From the NCBI GenBank assembly GCA_965601925.1, contig OZ271854.1:3360001-3424000 (forward strand): DNA of 64,000 nucleotides, written 5' to 3'. Source of the DNA: Alkalispirochaeta sp. GTDB taxonomy: Bacteria > Spirochaetota > Spirochaetia > DSM-27196 > Alkalispirochaetaceae. Numbering within the stretch: the first letter of the stretch is position 1; each line of letters opens with the position of its first letter. Positions 59,737 through 64,000 of the stretch are shown in pieces. Under the pieces are notes generated by a model that had not been told where the DNA came from, did no database searches, and saw only the letters and a list, made by a program, of their open reading frames with translations. The position numbers and the translations under genes are program-made.

Positions 59737-61563
59737 TCAGACGCGATCGATGCGGAGTGCGGCGAGCTCTTCGGGGTCCGGCCCGTCTTGCGTCGACTCC
59801 TCGACTTGAAATTGCCGAATGCTTTCGTCGGTTCGTTCGATGAGCCGCCGATTTTGCCCCGTGAGATCGCGGACGTGGTCGACGGCTTTGTTGATCTCCG
59901 CCGTGCCCGCCGCAACCTCCTCTATCCCCGCGCGTACGGCGCCGCTCACCTTCGACAGCTCGTCCATACCGGTCTGAACGCCGATACTCCGCTGGCGCAT
60001 GTCGTTGGCCCGGTCTTGAACGTCGGTGGTCGATGAGGTGATCTCCTCCAAGGCGGCCAGAATTTGTCGGCTTCCCTCCGACTGCTCTTGCATGGCGTTG
60101 TGCACTTGGCCGTTGATATCCGTGACGATACCGATGCGTTTACTCACGTCGCTGAATGCCTGATCTACGACGTTCGATTGCGCGGATACCTCTTCAATCG
60201 CCGTGTTGATCTCCCGTAGTCGTTCACGAATCGAACTACTTTGCTCGTTGGAGTTGACGGCCAGCGTGCGAATCTCACTTGCGACGACCGCGAAACCGCG
60301 TCCCGATTCACCGGCGTGGGCCGCCTCGATCGCGGCGTTCATGGCCAACAGATTCGTGCGCTCGGCGAGATCGGAGATGATGGTATTGGCGCTTTGCAAT
60401 GCGTCGGACTGCTCGGTAATGGTGCGAATCATCGACAAGGTCGAGGCGAGCATCTCTTGTCCTTTGTCGCTCGCCGCCACGAGTCCCGCTATCTCGCGCG
60501 AAGCGTTCTCCACGTTGTCGGTGACGCTTTTGATGTTGGCGACCATCTGCTCGATACTCGCCGAGCTTTGCGTCACCGCGGCACTCTGTTCATTGATGAG
60601 GTCCGACACGTGCGTAATCTGGGCGATGATGTCGTCGGCGGCCGATGTCGCCGATTCGACGTGACGGTGCTGCGCTTCGATCCGGCCGGCGATCGAATCG
60701 GTCGTCGAGGCGATTTGGGAGACCGCGGCGGCGGTCTGTTCCGCGTTCGAGGCGAGCTCACCTCCCGACTCCGAGAGACCGGACAACGACGATCTCACGG
60801 CGACGACGATATCGTGGAGCTTGCCGATGAACTCATTGAAGTTCACCGCGACGCGCCCCACCTCGTTGCGGGATGTGGCGAAGTTGAGACGCACCCTGAG
60901 GTCACCGTCGCCCTGTGCGATATCGCCGATCGTCGCCTCCAAACGTCGTAGAGGACGTTGGAGGGACACTGCGGCCAGTAGTCCGAGTATCGCCGTCACG
61001 AGGGTAACGACGATACCCACCGTAAGCGTCGTCGCGGCGACGTTCCGTACGTTGCCGCTCACGTGAGTTATCGCCTCCTCGGCGCCGGCTTCGGAAAACG
61101 CCAGTAACTCACCGACGTGTGTGCTGAGCTGCTCGAACAACAGGTAGGTCTCCTCGACCGTCTTGTTGGCCTCGTTGTACGCATCCAGCTCTTGGCGCAC
61201 CAACGCAATCAGTTCCAACTCTTCGTCGCTAAGGTCGATGTTTTCCCTGGTCGCGAGAAATGCCTCGAGACGCGCTTCCAGTTCGTCCTGGGCGGCAAAC
61301 GTCTCGTATACGATGCGCTCGAACGGGATTTGCTGAATGTCCTGTTGCGCCAACAGTTGATAGCGCTGCTGATTGATACCGAGCTCGATCACAAATTGGC
61401 TGAGCTGAACGTACGCCTCGATCTCGGTATCACGAGCGAACTCAAGCTCGGTGCGCGCCGTTTGTATAAGGCGAATGGTAACGAGAGATTGACCGGCCAG
61501 GACGAGAACGAGCGGGAAGAAGACTATCAGGAGAATGCGGCGAATACTTGCATTTTGTAACAT
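59737..61563 (-). CDS. Methyl-accepting chemotaxis protein with helical (4HB-like) sensor
   Basis: 2 [33 protein letters not shown]. Confidence 0.95.
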   Translation of the reverse strand: MLQNASIRRILLIVFFPLVLVLAGQSLVTIRLIQTARTELEFARDTEIEAYVQLSQFVIELGINQQRYQLLAQQDIQQIPFERIVYETFAAQDELEARLEAFLATRENIDLSDEELELIALVRQELDAYNEANKTVEETYLLFEQLSTHVGELLAFSEAGAEEAITHVSGNVRNVAATTLTVGIVVTLVTAILGLLAAVSLQRPLRRLEATIGDIAQGDGDLRVRLNFATSRNEVGRVAVNFNEFIGKLHDIVVAVRSSLSGLSESGGELASNAEQTAAAVSQIASTTDSIAGRIEAQHRHVESATSAADDIIAQITHVSDLINEQSAAVTQSSASIEQMVANIKSVTDNVENASREIAGLVAASDKGQEMLASTLSMIRTITEQSDALQSANTIISDLAERTNLLAMNAAIEAAHAGESGRGFAVVASEIRTLAVNSNEQSSSIRERLREINTAIEEVSAQSNVVDQAFSDVSKRIGIVTDINGQVHNAMQEQSEGSRQILAALEEITSSTTDVQDRANDMRQRSIGVQTGMDELSKVSGAVRAGIEEVAAGTAEINKAVDHVRDLTGQNRRLIERTDESIRQFQVEESTQDGPDPEELAALRIDRV

Positions 61564-61575
61564 CTGTCCGTCCTT

Positions 61576-62559
61576 TTATTGAACTGCGTCCACCATGGTA
61601 CGAAGGGCGAGCTGGACCCCGCGCATGTGGGCAAACACGTCGGCCGGTATCGTCTCGGCCTGGAGGGGAGGAGGGGGTACACGCTCCTGTAATTCCAAGA
61701 CGACCTTGATGCGGTGGAGCTCTGCGAGGATCGCAAGAGTCGTGTCGTACACATTGGTCGGTGTGATGGCACCGCCGGGGATCGGTGGGACGTAGAACGG
61801 AGGCATCTGCAGTCGCCGCTGCAGGCGTCCCAGGAGATACATGTTTACGAACGACTCCTGAATAACGTCGCGCGGCACGATCTCGCCGCTACCGGGTCGG
61901 GGATCGAGCGTTACCGCGACGTCCAGTCTGTCGGCTATGAGCGTCACCTCGGCGGCGATCGCCTGCGTGTTCTGCAACACGTACGACGGGCTGATCTCGT
62001 TGGTGAGTGCATCGAATGCGTAGCTCGCCTCCCACAAGGCGCGGTAGACGTCGGAGGGAGTTCGGCCGTCGACGAACACCGGCTCGACGATGCCGTCGTC
62101 GATGCCGAGCGCCGTTTTCAGGATACGTAATTCCGCAAGTATGCCGTCGATGTTGCGATATACGTTTTCGGGCAATACATCGACGAACGGGAGCGGCGGA
62201 ATCCGGATCGGGTCCATACCCATCGCCGTCTGAAAGCGTCCGATCTTGAGACGGAGTTCATTTGCCTTTGAAAAAACGTGTAGCGGTAGGCGGTTTGTCT
62301 GCCGTCCCGGATCGCGCACTTCACCGAGGGCGTCGCGGGCATTACGGATAACGTCGATCTCCGCGCGAACGCGGAGAACGTGTTGGTACACGTCGCTCGG
62401 TGTAATCGCCAGCCCCGAGAAATCGGGAGACGACTGCGCCGACGCCGGGTACGTCGATCCGACGGCCAGGGCGATGACTCCCCACAGTACCGCCGCGCGG
62501 GTGGATCTCCCCCGCCTCGACGGCGAGTCGCCGATGTCTTCTATTAATGGCATATACAT
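61576..62559 (-). CDS. Secreted hypothetical protein with 8 P-x-[DNHY]-V helical repeats
   Basis: Signal peptide ending ASA-Q; repeats TPSDVY, LPLHVF, LPENVY, TPSDVY, SPSYVL, VPRDVI, TPTNVY, IPADVF. Confidence 0.8.
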   Translation of the reverse strand: MYMPLIEDIGDSPSRRGRSTRAAVLWGVIALAVGSTYPASAQSSPDFSGLAITPSDVYQHVLRVRAEIDVIRNARDALGEVRDPGRQTNRLPLHVFSKANELRLKIGRFQTAMGMDPIRIPPLPFVDVLPENVYRNIDGILAELRILKTALGIDDGIVEPVFVDGRTPSDVYRALWEASYAFDALTNEISPSYVLQNTQAIAAEVTLIADRLDVAVTLDPRPGSGEIVPRDVIQESFVNMYLLGRLQRRLQMPPFYVPPIPGGAITPTNVYDTTLAILAELHRIKVVLELQERVPPPPLQAETIPADVFAHMRGVQLALRTMVDAVQ

Positions 62560-62712
62560 GTAAGATAAGAATTCATACCCGCGGACTGCAAGGCTTTCGT
62601 GTGAAATGTGACGGCCTCCGGCCGCGCTTCGCTGAACCCGATCGAGGCCGCACCGTCACGAGACTCGGGTTCGGCGCCATTCATCCACCGCGGGACGGCG
62701 GCGCGAAACGGC

Positions 62713-63099
62713 CTACTCGTCCGAGTCGGGACATCCCCGGGGATGGATCAAAATTCGGTCGACGGCTTTGAGGACTCTCGCCGGCTCGAACGGTTTGACC
62801 ACGAAATCGCACGCTCCTTGAGCGAGCGCCTCGAGTACAATACGCTGCTGACCGACGGCACTGACAATGACGACGCGTGGATCCTCGAATTGCTCAACCA
62901 GACGCCTGAGCGCCACGATTCCGTTCGTTTTCGGCATCGAGATATCGAGCGTGACGAAATCAGGCTTGTACTGCGCGTACATCTCGATCGCCTCGTCGCC
63001 GTCACCCGCTTCCGCTACGATCTGGTACCTCGGTTCAAGGATTTCGCGCAGGCGAAGCCGCATTATAGCGGCGTCGTCCACGATAAGACCGCGCGCCAT
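62713..63099 (-). CDS. cheY: CheY-like single-domain response regulator
   Basis: IVDD, LDISMP, VSAVGQ, FVVKPF. Confidence 0.85.
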   Translation of the reverse strand: MARGLIVDDAAIMRLRLREILEPRYQIVAEAGDGDEAIEMYAQYKPDFVTLDISMPKTNGIVALRRLVEQFEDPRVVIVSAVGQQRIVLEALAQGACDFVVKPFEPARVLKAVDRILIHPRGCPDSDE

Positions 63100-63101
63100 T
63101 C

Positions 63102-63569
63102 CTACTCCTCTTCGACCAAGGCGATGTTGATCTCGAGCACTCCCATCTCGGACAGCATCCTGAGCGAGACCGTGGGGACGCGCAGAAAATCGAACCAGAT
63201 ATCCGATCCGGTAAACACGGCGGGTGTAGTCAGTTGAATAACCTTGTCCTGCCCCGCCAGTGCGATACTGGCTTGCCCGGTAATGATGTTTGCGATTTCG
63301 CCGACCGCGCTATTGACCAGTTTGCGAAGCTCGCTGGGGAGTTTGTTGGGAATCATCGCGTGGGTGATGTCTTGTGCGAAACTTCGGTCGACCGAATAGA
63401 CGACCTGGCCGCGCATGGAGCCGGTGATGCCGAGGATGATGCATACCGGCAGGCCCGGCAAGGGCGCCTCTTTTCGCATGAGGCTTTGACGAGTGAGTTT
63501 GATGCCGAGCTCTTTCTCGAACACGTATACGGCGCTGCGAATGAAAATATTCGCGTACTCTGCCTTCAT
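63102..63569 (-). CDS. cheX: Chemotaxis phosphatase CheX
   Basis: YANIFI, ILGITGSMRGQV, SAVGEIANIITGQA (ExxN), LTTPAVF. Confidence 0.92.
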   Translation of the reverse strand: MKAEYANIFIRSAVYVFEKELGIKLTRQSLMRKEAPLPGLPVCIILGITGSMRGQVVYSVDRSFAQDITHAMIPNKLPSELRKLVNSAVGEIANIITGQASIALAGQDKVIQLTTPAVFTGSDIWFDFLRVPTVSLRMLSEMGVLEINIALVEEE

Positions 63570-63575
63570 GGTACG

Positions 63576-64000
63576 CTACGCTCCGATCTCTTCACTCGGT
63601 ATGACGAGCGAAAACTGCGTGCCGCGCCCTTTTCGCGTCGAGAGGCCGATCCGTCCCCCCAAGGCGCGCACCGAATCGCGTACCACCGAAAGCCCGACGC
63701 CGCGTCCGGAGACGGCGGTAACCGCCTCCGCGGTTGAAAATCCCGAGACGAATACCATCTTCATGAGATCCTGCGGTTTCGTCTGATCGTCCATAGTCGT
63801 CATGCCGCGCTCCACGGCGCGCTCCTTTATCTTGTCCATCGGTATTCCGGCGCCGTCGTCCGATATCTCAATGCGAATCGAACCGTCCTCTTTGCTGGCA
63901 GCTACTCGTATCGTGCCCACCGGACTCTTGCCCGCTTTTTCACGATGCCGTGGGAACTCGATTCCGTGATCGACCATATTACGAACGAGGTGCTGCAGCG
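63576..64000 (-). CDS. C-terminal part of a CheA-type histidine kinase ending after the ATP-binding domain (partial)
   Basis: HLVRNMVDHGIE, DDGAG, GFSTA, SGRGVGL; stop a few residues after FSLVIP. Confidence 0.88.
   Translation of the reverse strand, partial: LQHLVRNMVDHGIEFPRHREKAGKSPVGTIRVAASKEDGSIRIEISDDGAGIPMDKIKERAVERGMTTMDDQTKPQDLMKMVFVSGFSTAEAVTAVSGRGVGLSVVRDSVRALGGRIGLSTRKGRGTQFSLVIPSEEIGA

Noticed and set aside
62608..62675. Structured RNA between cheY and the repeat-protein gene
   Set aside because: Several 6-8 bp inverted repeats, plausible by chance at this GC content; no known motif

Overview
GC-rich bacterial chromosome segment, most likely from a free-living spirochete (inferred from the flhA-flhF-flhG-flgV-like-fliA-fapA gene order, CheX and the secA neighbourhood). 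1-12.5 kb is the distal flagellar operon, which continues by overlapping genes into an atypical Hsp70, a J-domain/HEAT protein and a degenerate CheA-like protein. A candidate sigma28-dependent small RNA converges on its end. 12.7-26.8 kb holds envelope and housekeeping genes (Maf-type glycosyltransferase, class B PBP, signal peptidase, LysM-M23, secA, nnr, NUDIX, PgeF, nitroreductase). 26.9-45.3 kb is an accessory region of regulator/detoxification pairs, with a pseudo-HtrA/LuxR pair, a STAS plus GHKL-like pair and an 84-bp in-frame palindromic insertion inside a transglutaminase-like gene. 45.4-56.6 kb holds an MCP, a LacI-regulated sugar ABC/glycosidase cluster and an HD-GYP protein. 56.6-64 kb holds oxidoreductases, AraC, an MCP with a co-transcribed 8-repeat secreted protein, and CheY-CheX plus a CheA-type kinase lacking P5. 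No rRNA, tRNA, CRISPR array, integrase or transposase was recognised. All calls come from reading motifs by eye; no database searches were run.
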